Shown: in pieces, positions 28,412 to 37,537 of the stretch | Numbering within the stretch: the first letter of the stretch is position 1 | Layout: the number at the start of each line of letters is the position of its first letter | Origin: Gemmatimonas sp. | Lineage (GTDB): Bacteria; Gemmatimonadota; Gemmatimonadetes; Gemmatimonadales; Gemmatimonadaceae | Length of the DNA stretch: 64,000 bases | Direction of reading: 5' to 3' | Assembly (NCBI GenBank): GCA_965279375.1 | Contig: OZ257156.1 | Coordinates: 1,504,001-1,568,000 of the forward strand | Notes under the pieces: generated by a model | Seen by the model: the letters and a program-made list of their open reading frames with translations, nothing else | The model's database searches: none | Told to the model about the DNA's origin: nothing | Program-made: the position numbers and the translations under genes

Positions 28412-29406
28412 GCGACTTCCCGAGCATCGAGGCCATTCGCGCCAACCGCGCGCGTTTGGGTGACCTCGTTGTCACGACGCCCGTGCGGCAGTTGGTGGAC
28501 GACGCCGTCGCACGCGCCGTCGGCGCCACCACCGAAGTCTGGCTCAAGGAAGAACTCTTTCAGCGCACCGGCAGCTTCAAACCGCGCGGCGCGCTCTCCG
28601 TGATGCTCGATCTCGACGCCGATGCGCTCGCACGCGGCGTCACTGGCGTCTCCGCAGGCAACCACGCCATCTCGCTCGCCTACTCGGCGCGGGTGCTTGG
28701 CACCACGGCGAAAGTGGTGATGCCCAAGACCGCCAATGCGTTTCGCGTGCAGGTGTGCCGAGAGCTTGGGGCGACCGTGGAGCTGGTGGAGAATGTGCAT
28801 GCAGCGTTTGCGCGCGTGCACGAGATCGAGGCGGCTGAAGGACGCACATTCGTGCATCCGTACGAGGGGCCCAAGACGGCGATGGGGACCGCGTCCGTGG
28901 GGATGGAGTTCATGGATCAGATGCAGCAGTATGGCCGCGCACTCGATGCGGTGATCGTGGCGGCGGGCGGCGGTGGACTCACGGGCGGGGTCGCTTGCGC
29001 GATCAAGCAGATGCGTCCGGAGACGGCGGTGTACGTGGTGGAACCGGAAGGTGCCGACACCATGCGGCGCAGCTTCCTGGCCGGCGCACCGCAGGCCATC
29101 GATGCGGTGCGCACTATCGCCGATTCATTGGGCGCGCCACGCTGCGAGCCGTACTCATATGCGCTCAATCGTCGCTTTGCTGACGAAGTCGTGCTCGTCT
29201 CCGACGATCAGATTCGCGACGCGATGCGACTGACATTCCGTGCGGCCAAGCTGGCGGTTGAGCCCGCAGGCGCTGCCGCACTGGCCGCGCTGATGTACCC
29301 GCTGCGCGCGCGACTCGAGGGTAAGCGGGTCGGCCTGGTTGTATGTGGCGCCAACATCGACATGGCCACCTTCACCACGCAGCTCCTGCAGATGCCGGCC
29401 GCCTGA
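28408..29406 (+). CDS. PLP-dependent threonine/serine dehydratase family protein
   Basis: KEELFQRTGSFKPRGA, SAGNHA, GGGGL, EPAGA and CGANID. ATGA overlap with the upstream gene. Confidence 0.9.
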   Translation: MSDFPSIEAIRANRARLGDLVVTTPVRQLVDDAVARAVGATTEVWLKEELFQRTGSFKPRGALSVMLDLDADALARGVTGVSAGNHAISLAYSARVLGTTAKVVMPKTANAFRVQVCRELGATVELVENVHAAFARVHEIEAAEGRTFVHPYEGPKTAMGTASVGMEFMDQMQQYGRALDAVIVAAGGGGLTGGVACAIKQMRPETAVYVVEPEGADTMRRSFLAGAPQAIDAVRTIADSLGAPRCEPYSYALNRRFADEVVLVSDDQIRDAMRLTFRAAKLAVEPAGAAALAALMYPLRARLEGKRVGLVVCGANIDMATFTTQLLQMPAA

Positions 29407-29448
29407 CACGCACAGTGCGTGTCAGGCGGAGTGCACGCTCACACGACG

Positions 29449-32052
29449 CTACTGGATGCGTACGAGCGCGACGCGAATCCCGGGTCCGTTGGTGCGCAGG
29501 TCCAGCAGTTGTGCACCCGACTGCGTGCCGCCCAGTTCGTAGAGCGAGAACGCGCCGCCGGGCAGAGAGACCGTAACGTCGAACGCGCCAAAGCTGAGCG
29601 GCGCGGCCACCACCGGATACGGCTTGTTGTAGAACTGCGGGAAGTCGCTGTTCATTCCCGCGAAGATGTCGCGCAGGTTCCAGCTCAGGAATGACAGCCG
29701 CGGGTTGCGTGGGGTGAATCCCGGCAGATCGTCGAGGAGCATTGCCAGTGTGAACTCGCCGAACGACTCCTCCCACGCCCGTCCTGTCCGCTCCGAGAAC
29801 TGCGAGACGCCGATCAGTCGCGGCGCCTGCGTCATCGCCGAGAGAAATGACGCGTCGGATGTAGTGAAGTGGTCCATTGCCCAGCGCACCAGCGCCCAGT
29901 TGCTGCCGTAGAAGCTGCCGTCGTCCGGTGCATTGAACGGACGCCCCAGCACACTCAGCTGCTCTGGATGTACCAGATATCCATACAGTGCATCGAAGTG
30001 ATAGTACGTGACGAAGGGCGTACCGCCGCACTGCGGGTTGAGCGTCGATGAGGGACGCACTTCGCAGAAGAGCGTGTTGGCATAACGCGCATTCGTCCGT
30101 GACGCGAGTCGTTGATAGGAGACTTCGCGTGCGAAGAGTTCCTCGGCGTGAAGCGCGGTGCCTTCCTCGAATGCGTACTGCTCTGGCAGTCCGTCGCCGC
30201 GAATGCGCTCGGCGAACGACGTGATGTGCTTCGCTTCGTGAATGACTGTGCTGCGCATGAAGCGATACCAGAGTTCGCGCGTTCCCTCGCCGCCGCCGCT
30301 GGCGGTCGACGTGGGAACGTACGCGTAAAACATCTCCGCTTCATTGCTTGATGGATACTGCACGGCGGCGAAGAAATCGCAGGCCGCGATGAAGCCGAAC
30401 ACGCTCGTCTGAAACTGGTTCACGCGCGGCGAGAAGAGCATGATGATCTTCCCGTTGTTGTCGAGCAGATCATCCATCTTGAGCGGGTTACCGAAATTCG
30501 TCGTGAGGATCGGGAACGACACACTGTCGAATTCCTGGCCCAGACGCTGGTACAGGGTATCCATCTGGCCCGTGTTGATGCGCGTGCCATTGAACAGTGA
30601 TGCGGTGTCTTCCACGATAATGGCGCGAGTACCGCTGTAGACCGTGCGCGCCTGAATCGGAAAGTTGTTGCGGCAGAACGCCGCGCCGGTGGTGGCGTCG
30701 AGATCGGGAATGCGAAAGCGATTGATGCTGCCCAACGTGCCGACATCGGCGAGTGCGCCGGCTCGCGTCGCGCGCGGGCGCGGCGTGCGGAACGCCGTCG
30801 CGCCCGATTGCAGCAACGCAATGTTGCGCTCGACCACGCGCGCGTGTTGTTGCTGCTGCATTCGCTGCATCATCCCGAGCGCGTTCGCGCCACGGCCCGC
30901 TGCGGTGTTCGCACCGGACGCGCGAGCTGCGGGGAACGCACCCGTCGCGAGCGGTGCGGCGGCAGGTATCGGCGTGGTCGTCAGTGCAGTCGAGGCCGCG
31001 CCACGCAACTGATAGTCGCTGTTGGCGCCGGAGTTGATCGTCGTATTGAAGACGCTGACCACGTAGCGACCGCCCGTTTGCGTCAATTCGTTGCAACGCG
31101 ACTCGGCAGCGTCGGTGAGTACGATCGATTGTCCGACAGTCAGCGCGCGTGGCGTCGCCGTTTGCAGTGGATACGAGCGAATGCCCGCCTCGAGTCCCAC
31201 CTGCACGATGATCTGTCCGCCGTGCGTGGCTTCGCAGGCAAAGCCCGTGGCCGGGATCGTGACCGAGAGCGACGTTGCGGTGGACGCGGTCACCGTCGCA
31301 TTCACACCATCGATGCGCACGAGGTTGCCGGACGCCGTTGGCGAAAAATTGGTCCCGGTGAAGATGACCGAGGCGCCGGGAGTGAGCACTGGTGCGGAGA
31401 TCGACGTGATCGTGGGCGACAGCGCCGTTACGCGCGGTCGGACCGCCACGCGCACGGAGGCAAAGCGCCCCTCCACCGTTGCGAGCACATCTGCATCGCC
31501 AATGGAGACGCCGGTCACCAGCCCACTGCTGCTCACCGTCGCGATGCTCGCGTTGGTGGAGGACCACGCGATGGTTCGATCGGGCAGCGGGTTGCCGGCC
31601 GCATCTCGCAAGACGGGTGTGAGCTGGAGCGTGGCGCCGAGGTTAACCGTTGCGGTGTCGCGCCCAAGCGAGACACTGGCGACTGGAGGCGCCTGCACGG
31701 TGAGTGTCGCCGATCCCGAGATGCCATTCGCGGCTGTCGCCACGATGGTGGTCGTGCCGGAGGCGATGGCGGTGACCAGTCCCGCGCCGGACACCGAGGC
31801 CACGGTTGTCGGCGAGGCGGACCAGGTGACCGACTGACTGAACATCTCGCGGTTGCTCTGATCGAACACGCGCACCGACGCTTGCGATGTCGCGGCGATT
31901 GCGATGCTCGTCGCGGAGAGCGACACGTCGAGTCGGGTGACCGTCGCCACGGGCGTTGGCGGGGCCGTGCTGCCCCCGTCTCCACCGCCCCCTCCACACG
32001 CAGCGGCGACCATGAGCAGGCAGGATGCGAACAGCGGGCTACGCTTCGTCAT
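29449..32052 (-). CDS. Lipoprotein with two Ig-like (Big_2) domains, an IPT/TIG domain and a zinc metallopeptidase domain
   Basis: Lipobox-like VAAAC-GGG, two W(S/A)S..VA.VS..GLVT repeats, PTITSIS...GTNFS, and HEAKH...FEEG. Confidence 0.8.
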   Translation of the reverse strand: MTKRSPLFASCLLMVAAACGGGGGDGGSTAPPTPVATVTRLDVSLSATSIAIAATSQASVRVFDQSNREMFSQSVTWSASPTTVASVSGAGLVTAIASGTTTIVATAANGISGSATLTVQAPPVASVSLGRDTATVNLGATLQLTPVLRDAAGNPLPDRTIAWSSTNASIATVSSSGLVTGVSIGDADVLATVEGRFASVRVAVRPRVTALSPTITSISAPVLTPGASVIFTGTNFSPTASGNLVRIDGVNATVTASTATSLSVTIPATGFACEATHGGQIIVQVGLEAGIRSYPLQTATPRALTVGQSIVLTDAAESRCNELTQTGGRYVVSVFNTTINSGANSDYQLRGAASTALTTTPIPAAAPLATGAFPAARASGANTAAGRGANALGMMQRMQQQQHARVVERNIALLQSGATAFRTPRPRATRAGALADVGTLGSINRFRIPDLDATTGAAFCRNNFPIQARTVYSGTRAIIVEDTASLFNGTRINTGQMDTLYQRLGQEFDSVSFPILTTNFGNPLKMDDLLDNNGKIIMLFSPRVNQFQTSVFGFIAACDFFAAVQYPSSNEAEMFYAYVPTSTASGGGEGTRELWYRFMRSTVIHEAKHITSFAERIRGDGLPEQYAFEEGTALHAEELFAREVSYQRLASRTNARYANTLFCEVRPSSTLNPQCGGTPFVTYYHFDALYGYLVHPEQLSVLGRPFNAPDDGSFYGSNWALVRWAMDHFTTSDASFLSAMTQAPRLIGVSQFSERTGRAWEESFGEFTLAMLLDDLPGFTPRNPRLSFLSWNLRDIFAGMNSDFPQFYNKPYPVVAAPLSFGAFDVTVSLPGGAFSLYELGGTQSGAQLLDLRTNGPGIRVALVRIQ

Positions 32053-32171
32053 TTCACACCGTCCGACATCGAGGATAGGTTCGTGTGTTGCTGGTCGCGC
32101 TCGATACGAAAGCGCCGGAGCACGCAGTGCGCTACTCGGCCGCGATGCCGAGCACGAGTTCGTCCAACTTT

Positions 32172-32204
32172 CGCGCATCTCTTGCACATCTCTCGCACAT
32201 CCGA
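32172..32204. repeat. Three imperfect 11-bp direct repeats
   Basis: CGCGCATCTCT / TGCACATCTCT / CGCACATCCGA. Confidence 0.65.
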
Positions 32205-32207
32205 ATC

Positions 32208-33518
32208 GTGACTGCGCCTGCACCGCTCAACCATACGTCGTGGTCGCTCCCGACGCGCGTCGCATTTCGCTTCGCGTTCGTGTACCTGATGCTGCAGATC
32301 GCGCCGTGGACGTGGTTCGGGAATATTCCCGGACTTGGCGTCGTCCTCGCGCCGTACGATCAGTTGGTGGATTGGGCGGTCGGTATCGCGAATGCGCGAG
32401 TCTTTCATGTGCGCGATACGCTGGTGCAGCCCAACGGCAGTGGCGATGCGTCGTGGGCGTGGGCGCAGCTCTGGCTGTATCTCGCGCTGGCCGCACTCGC
32501 GACCACCATATGGAGCGTGGTCGATCGTCGACGCGCGGCGTATCCACGAGCGGCCTATTGGCTGCGCACGGTGGCACGCTACTACGTCGCGAGCGCAGCG
32601 CTGAGCTACGGCATCATCAAGGTGTTCGCTCTGCAGATGGTCTTCCCGACGTACAGCAACCTCGCCACGTCGCTGGGTGACCTGCTGCCGATGCGGCTTT
32701 CGTGGCTCTTCATCGGATACTCCACGCCGTATCAGGTCTATTCCGGCATCATGGAGATGATCGCCGGCATGCTGATGCTGTGGCGTCGTACGATGACGCT
32801 CGGCCTCATTGTCGCCACCGCCGCGTTCGTGAACGTCGCGATGATCAACTACGCGTACGACGTGCCGGTGAAGCTGTACGCTACGCATCTATTGCTGGCG
32901 TGCGTCTTCCTGCTGCTGCAGGATGCCAAGCGTCTGACGGCGATGCTGGTGCTCAATCAGAGCGCGGGGCCGACGACGCTCTACGATCCACCGCCGGCTG
33001 GCGTGCGCTTCACGTGGGCGCGACGTGTTGTGAAGGGCGCAATGGTCGTGATGTTCCTGGTGATGCCCACGATCAGCTCGTGGCAACGTGCGAACGTCAA
33101 GCCGGCCGTCGCATCGCCGCTCGCCGCCGGAGTGTACGATGTGACGCGCTTTGTGGTGCGCGGCGACACGCTCCCAGCCATCGTATCGGACACGGTGCGG
33201 TGGCGCGACTTCATCATCGACAACGCATCGCAAGGCAGCGTCGGCTCCACCGACACGCTGTTCTGGCAGCGCTATCGGCGCGGCTACTTCCGGTACAAGG
33301 CCGACACGGCGCGTCGTCAGATTGCCGTTTGGCGTACGTCGTTTCGTCAGGACAGCATCCCCGTCTTTACTGCCCGCTACGAGATCGTCGACGGCGGCAA
33401 GGCGCGCTTGTGGACCGCGCTGCGCGGTGATTCCGTATACGTGGAGCTCACACGTAGCGAGCGCCACTTCCAACTCGCCGAACGCCAGTTCCACTGGATC
33501 TCGGAATACAACCGCTGA
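32208..33518 (+). CDS. DoxX-like integral membrane protein with a C-terminal soluble domain
   Basis: YGIIKVFALQM, LGDLLPMRLSWLFIGYS, NYAYDVPVKL and the end RQFHWISE. The start could be 32145. Confidence 0.7.
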   Translation: MTAPAPLNHTSWSLPTRVAFRFAFVYLMLQIAPWTWFGNIPGLGVVLAPYDQLVDWAVGIANARVFHVRDTLVQPNGSGDASWAWAQLWLYLALAALATTIWSVVDRRRAAYPRAAYWLRTVARYYVASAALSYGIIKVFALQMVFPTYSNLATSLGDLLPMRLSWLFIGYSTPYQVYSGIMEMIAGMLMLWRRTMTLGLIVATAAFVNVAMINYAYDVPVKLYATHLLLACVFLLLQDAKRLTAMLVLNQSAGPTTLYDPPPAGVRFTWARRVVKGAMVVMFLVMPTISSWQRANVKPAVASPLAAGVYDVTRFVVRGDTLPAIVSDTVRWRDFIIDNASQGSVGSTDTLFWQRYRRGYFRYKADTARRQIAVWRTSFRQDSIPVFTARYEIVDGGKARLWTALRGDSVYVELTRSERHFQLAERQFHWISEYNR

Positions 33519-33530
33519 CGGAGCGTATCA

Positions 33531-33965
33531 ATGCAGATCTTTGCACGGCCATCGGAAGCGACAACGAAAGCCCTGCTGACCGCGGCGCACTTGCCCACCG
33601 ATGACCTGACGCCCGCGCACTTCGAGCATTTCCTTGGCGGCGGCTCGCCGGAGCATCCTTTGGGTGTCGTCGGTCTCGAGCTCTACGGCGAGACGGCGCT
33701 CTTGCGATCGCTGGTCGTGGCGGACTCGGCGCGTGGCACAGGATGCGGCAAGGCGTTGGTGGCGGCCGCCGAGTCGCACGCGCAGGCGCATGGTGTGCGC
33801 GACGTCTATCTGATCACCACGACCGCTGAGCCGTTCTTTGCGACGCTGGGCTATCAGCGGGCGGATCGTGCCGTGGTACCCGAGTCCATCCGACAGACGG
33901 CGCAGTTCGCCGGACTGTGCCCGGCGAGTGCTGCGGTGATGGCCAAATCGGTGTCGATGGAGTAG
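33531..33965 (+). CDS. ArsN2-like GNAT N-acetyltransferase
   Basis: LPTDDL, GLELYG..ALLRSLVV...RGTGCG, YLITTTA..FF and QFAGLCPASA. Confidence 0.8.
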   Translation: MQIFARPSEATTKALLTAAHLPTDDLTPAHFEHFLGGGSPEHPLGVVGLELYGETALLRSLVVADSARGTGCGKALVAAAESHAQAHGVRDVYLITTTAEPFFATLGYQRADRAVVPESIRQTAQFAGLCPASAAVMAKSVSME

Positions 33966-34009
33966 CTGCTGTCGCGCCGAGCCCGGCTTGGCGGTTTCTT
34001 TCGGGCGAC

Positions 34010-35356
34010 ATGGTGCACACGATCATCCGCTGGATTGGCCAGCGCGCGCTGCGGTGGTTCTATAGAGAGCGCCGCTTTATCGGGGGGGAGCGCATCCCCG
34101 CGTCCGGTCCCGTCCTGTTCATCGGCAACCACCGGAACGACATCCCCGACGTCCTGTGCGGCTTCATGATGACGCCGAGGCGACTGCGGTACGTGGGGAC
34201 GATCTCGGCGGCGACGTCGGCGCCGGCCAAGGCGGCGTACAGCGGGCTGGGGGTGATCCCCGTGGCGCGCGCCCGGGATGCCCGGAAGTTGCGCCAGCAG
34301 CAGATCGACGGATCGGCGCTGAACCTGGAGGCGTTTCAGCGTGTCGGCGACGCGCTCGCTGCGGGCGACATCGTCGGCATCTTCCCGGAGGGCGGTGTTC
34401 ACGATGGACCTTCGCTGGGTGTTTTTCGTTCAGGTGTCGCTAAGATGGCGCTTGATGGTATCGTAAGTGGCGCGATAAATAGACTGACAGTCATTGCGTT
34501 CGGCGTGCAGTACGATGCCCCCAGGACGCCGCGAAGCGACCTGTCCGTGCTGGTTGGTGAGCCATTCGTCGTGGATACGGACTCGCCGGCGGTCCTTCGC
34601 GAACGCATGCGCGACGCGCTGTTGGCGGTCACCCGCAACGCGCCCAGCTGGGAAGTGGCGCTCGAACGCGACCGCATCGTGGCTGCCATCGCCGCCTCCA
34701 TCACCGGCCCTGGCGACCTGCGGCTGACCGCCTGCGAAATCCAGCAACGCTGCTCCGCCATCGCCGAAGCCGCGCCCACCAATATCGGCGCGCTGGCAGC
34801 TGATCTCTCGGCGACCGTTGATCGGGCCGGCGGGATGCCTGTCTCACCGCGCGACTGCGCCCGCGTGATTGCCACCGCGGAGGAGGGCGAGGCTGATGGC
34901 GTACGCGCGAGTGCGGCCGCCGAGTGGCCCTCGTGGTTGGCGGTGGTCGCCGCCACGCCATTTGCAGTGCTCGGGTGGATCACGCACGGACCGATTTTTT
35001 CGTTCATCTGGCGTCGTGCGAGCGCGACGAAGGACCCAACCGAAATCGCGGCCCGCGCCATGATCCCGGGGCTCTACCTTATCTTTGGCTGGTACGTGCT
35101 GCTGGGCGCACTCTTCATGGTTGGGCTCGGTGCCACGGCGCATGCGGTCTGGTGGGGAGTGCCAGCCGTCATGCTTCTCCCGCGCCTCGGCGATGTGGCC
35201 GTCTGGTGGCGCGACGCGGTGCGGGCGATGCGCCTGCGTGGGCGCGTGAGGCGCTGGCCGGAACAGGAGCGCGCCGCCGTTCGTACCACCGCACGCGCCC
35301 TTCGCGCGGCGTGGCATTCCCATCTCTCGAGTGTTGCTGTGAAGGCTTTGACATGA
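34010..35356 (+). CDS. PlsC-like glycerolipid acyltransferase with C-terminal TM helices
   Basis: NHRNDIPD (HX4D-like), IFPEGG and FRSGVA motifs. Confidence 0.8.
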   Translation: MVHTIIRWIGQRALRWFYRERRFIGGERIPASGPVLFIGNHRNDIPDVLCGFMMTPRRLRYVGTISAATSAPAKAAYSGLGVIPVARARDARKLRQQQIDGSALNLEAFQRVGDALAAGDIVGIFPEGGVHDGPSLGVFRSGVAKMALDGIVSGAINRLTVIAFGVQYDAPRTPRSDLSVLVGEPFVVDTDSPAVLRERMRDALLAVTRNAPSWEVALERDRIVAAIAASITGPGDLRLTACEIQQRCSAIAEAAPTNIGALAADLSATVDRAGGMPVSPRDCARVIATAEEGEADGVRASAAAEWPSWLAVVAATPFAVLGWITHGPIFSFIWRRASATKDPTEIAARAMIPGLYLIFGWYVLLGALFMVGLGATAHAVWWGVPAVMLLPRLGDVAVWWRDAVRAMRLRGRVRRWPEQERAAVRTTARALRAAWHSHLSSVAVKALT

Positions 35357-37404
35357 CGTTGCTCGCCGTTGGCAACGCCGGCGTGGAGTTTGGCGCGACG
35401 GAAATTTTCCGCGACATCACGTTCACTATTGGTGAACGCGATCGCTGGGCCGTCGTGGGACGCAACGGCACCGGCAAGACCACGCTGATCAAGCTGATCA
35501 CCGGACAGCTCACGCCGTCCAAGGGCACCATCACACGGCAGCCCGGCCTGCGCATCGCGCTGATGGATCAGCATCGCAAGTTCCCCGAAGACATGTCGCT
35601 CTGGGAGATCGTCGCGGGCGCCTTTGGCGAACTGCGCGACCTCGAGCACTCGCTCGCGGAGCAGTCGGCCAATCTAGAGCACGATCACGGCGAAGCGGCG
35701 ATGGCCAAGTACGGCCGCGATCTCGAGCGCTTCGAGCGCGAGGGTGGCTATCAGATGGCGGCCAAGGTGGACTCAGTGCTGATGGGCGTCGGCTTCGATC
35801 CCGAGGCAGCCAAGGTAACGCGCATCGGGACGTTGAGCGGTGGGGAGCGCGGACGTGTCGCACTCGCGCGTCAGCTCGCGACGCCCGCCGACATCCTGCT
35901 GCTCGACGAACCAACGAATCACCTCGATCTCGAAACGACGGCGTGGCTCGAGAACTATCTGCGCGAAACCGATCGCACGGTGCTGTGCATCAGCCACGAT
36001 CGTGCGTTTCTGGCGGAGATGGCGGACCACGTGTTGCACTTCGAAGGCGGCACCGCGTTCGCGTACACGGGTGGCTATGCGTCGTTCATTGCGCAGCGCG
36101 AAGAGCGTCGGCTCACGCAGCTCCGCCAGTTCGAGCAGCAGTCGAAGAAGATCGCGTCGGAAGAGCAATACATCGCGCGCAATCTCGCCGGACAGAACAC
36201 GCGTCAGGCGAAGGGTCGTCGCAAGCTGCTCGCACGCATGCCACGCCTCTCTGCGCCGATCGGTGCTGATTCAGTCATGGCGTTGCGTCTTGATTCGGGC
36301 GCGCGCAGCGGCGATCGCGTCATCGAGGCCGAGCATGTGGTGGTGGGTGTGGAAGGCGCCGAAGGACGGCGCGAGCTCATTCGCGACGTGAATGTCGTAC
36401 TCGAACGCGGCGAAGTGATCGCGTTGCTCGGCCCAAATGGCGCGGGCAAGAGCACGCTGATCAAGACGCTGCTCGAAGAGCATCCGGTGTTTGCGGGCCG
36501 TGTGAAGCGGGGGCCGTCCACCACCGTCGCGTACTACCGACAGGATCTCGCGCACCTGCCACTCGATGTGCCGATCTACGACGTCATCGCTGATCTGCGT
36601 CCGCTCTGGGAACGACGTCAGGTGCAGGGACATCTCGGACGATTTGGCTTCAGTGGCGACGAAGTGCAGCGCACCGTGGGCACGCTCTCGGGCGGCGAAC
36701 GTGCGCGTGTCGCGCTCGCGCTGCTGACACTCGAGTCGTCCAACCTGCTCATCCTCGACGAGCCGACGAATCATCTCGACGTCGAATCGATCGAAGCGAT
36801 GGAAGATGCCATCGAGGGCTACGAGGGGAGCATGGTGGTGGTCAGCCACGATCGTGCGGTGCTCCGCGGTGTTGCCACGCAGGTGTGGGAGCTGCGCGAT
36901 CGCAAGCTGCTCGTCTTCCCGGGCAGCTTTGTGGAGTGGGAAGCAGTGCGTGCGGAAGCGAAGGCCAAGGCCGAGCGAGACGCGCGCGAAGTGTCGGCGC
37001 GGGAAAGTGAGCGCAATGCGAAGGTACGTGCCGCCGCGAACGCGCAGGCAAACGCGGCGTCGCGCGCCAGCAAGGCCGACGCGAAGTCGCCGTCGGGGGG
37101 GAAGGGTCATGCAGCATCGCATACCTCCTCCGCCAAGATGCCCGCCGGCGAGGCGCGCAAGGCAGCACGGCAGGCCGAGAAGGAGCTGCATGACGCGGAG
37201 CTGCGCGTGAGTGTGCTGGAAGGACGTATCGCTGAACTCACGCGGACCCTCGAGGACACGACGCTGTATGACACGCCGGCCGGAACGCAGCGTGCGTATA
37301 CGCTCGGGCGCGAGCTCGACGATGCCAAGGACGAACTCGATGAGGCGGTCCACGACTGGAGCGCGGCCGCCGAGCGCGTGCAAGCCTTGAGTAGCGCACG
37401 GTAA
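35353..37404 (+). CDS. ABC-F family ATPase (Uup-like) with a C-terminal coiled coil
   Basis: Two NBDs (GRNGTGKT and GPNGAGKS, LSGGER twice, LDEPTNHLD twice) and no TM segment. ATGA overlap. Confidence 0.93.
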   Translation: MTLLAVGNAGVEFGATEIFRDITFTIGERDRWAVVGRNGTGKTTLIKLITGQLTPSKGTITRQPGLRIALMDQHRKFPEDMSLWEIVAGAFGELRDLEHSLAEQSANLEHDHGEAAMAKYGRDLERFEREGGYQMAAKVDSVLMGVGFDPEAAKVTRIGTLSGGERGRVALARQLATPADILLLDEPTNHLDLETTAWLENYLRETDRTVLCISHDRAFLAEMADHVLHFEGGTAFAYTGGYASFIAQREERRLTQLRQFEQQSKKIASEEQYIARNLAGQNTRQAKGRRKLLARMPRLSAPIGADSVMALRLDSGARSGDRVIEAEHVVVGVEGAEGRRELIRDVNVVLERGEVIALLGPNGAGKSTLIKTLLEEHPVFAGRVKRGPSTTVAYYRQDLAHLPLDVPIYDVIADLRPLWERRQVQGHLGRFGFSGDEVQRTVGTLSGGERARVALALLTLESSNLLILDEPTNHLDVESIEAMEDAIEGYEGSMVVVSHDRAVLRGVATQVWELRDRKLLVFPGSFVEWEAVRAEAKAKAERDAREVSARESERNAKVRAAANAQANAASRASKADAKSPSGGKGHAASHTSSAKMPAGEARKAARQAEKELHDAELRVSVLEGRIAELTRTLEDTTLYDTPAGTQRAYTLGRELDDAKDELDEAVHDWSAAAERVQALSSAR

Positions 37405-37537
37405 CGACTGCGGAACGGCCACCGTTCCGCTGCAACTCGTCCCTGTTGTCCCGCGTAGGATGTCGCGTACGGCGGCACAATGCGCATCGCCCGCCCGACG
37501 ATGTGTGTGTCCGCTTCGACTACTTTGCCCGCCCGCA

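Noticed and set aside
34468..34495. dif-like site TGGCGCGATAA-ATAGAC-TGACAGTCATT
   Set aside because: The left arm loosely resembles a XerC arm but the right arm is a poor match to TTATGTTAAAT.
34924..35352. N-terminal extension of the ABC-F ORF in the track
   Set aside because: Overlaps the acyltransferase in another frame. The ATGA-coupled start at 35353 fits better.
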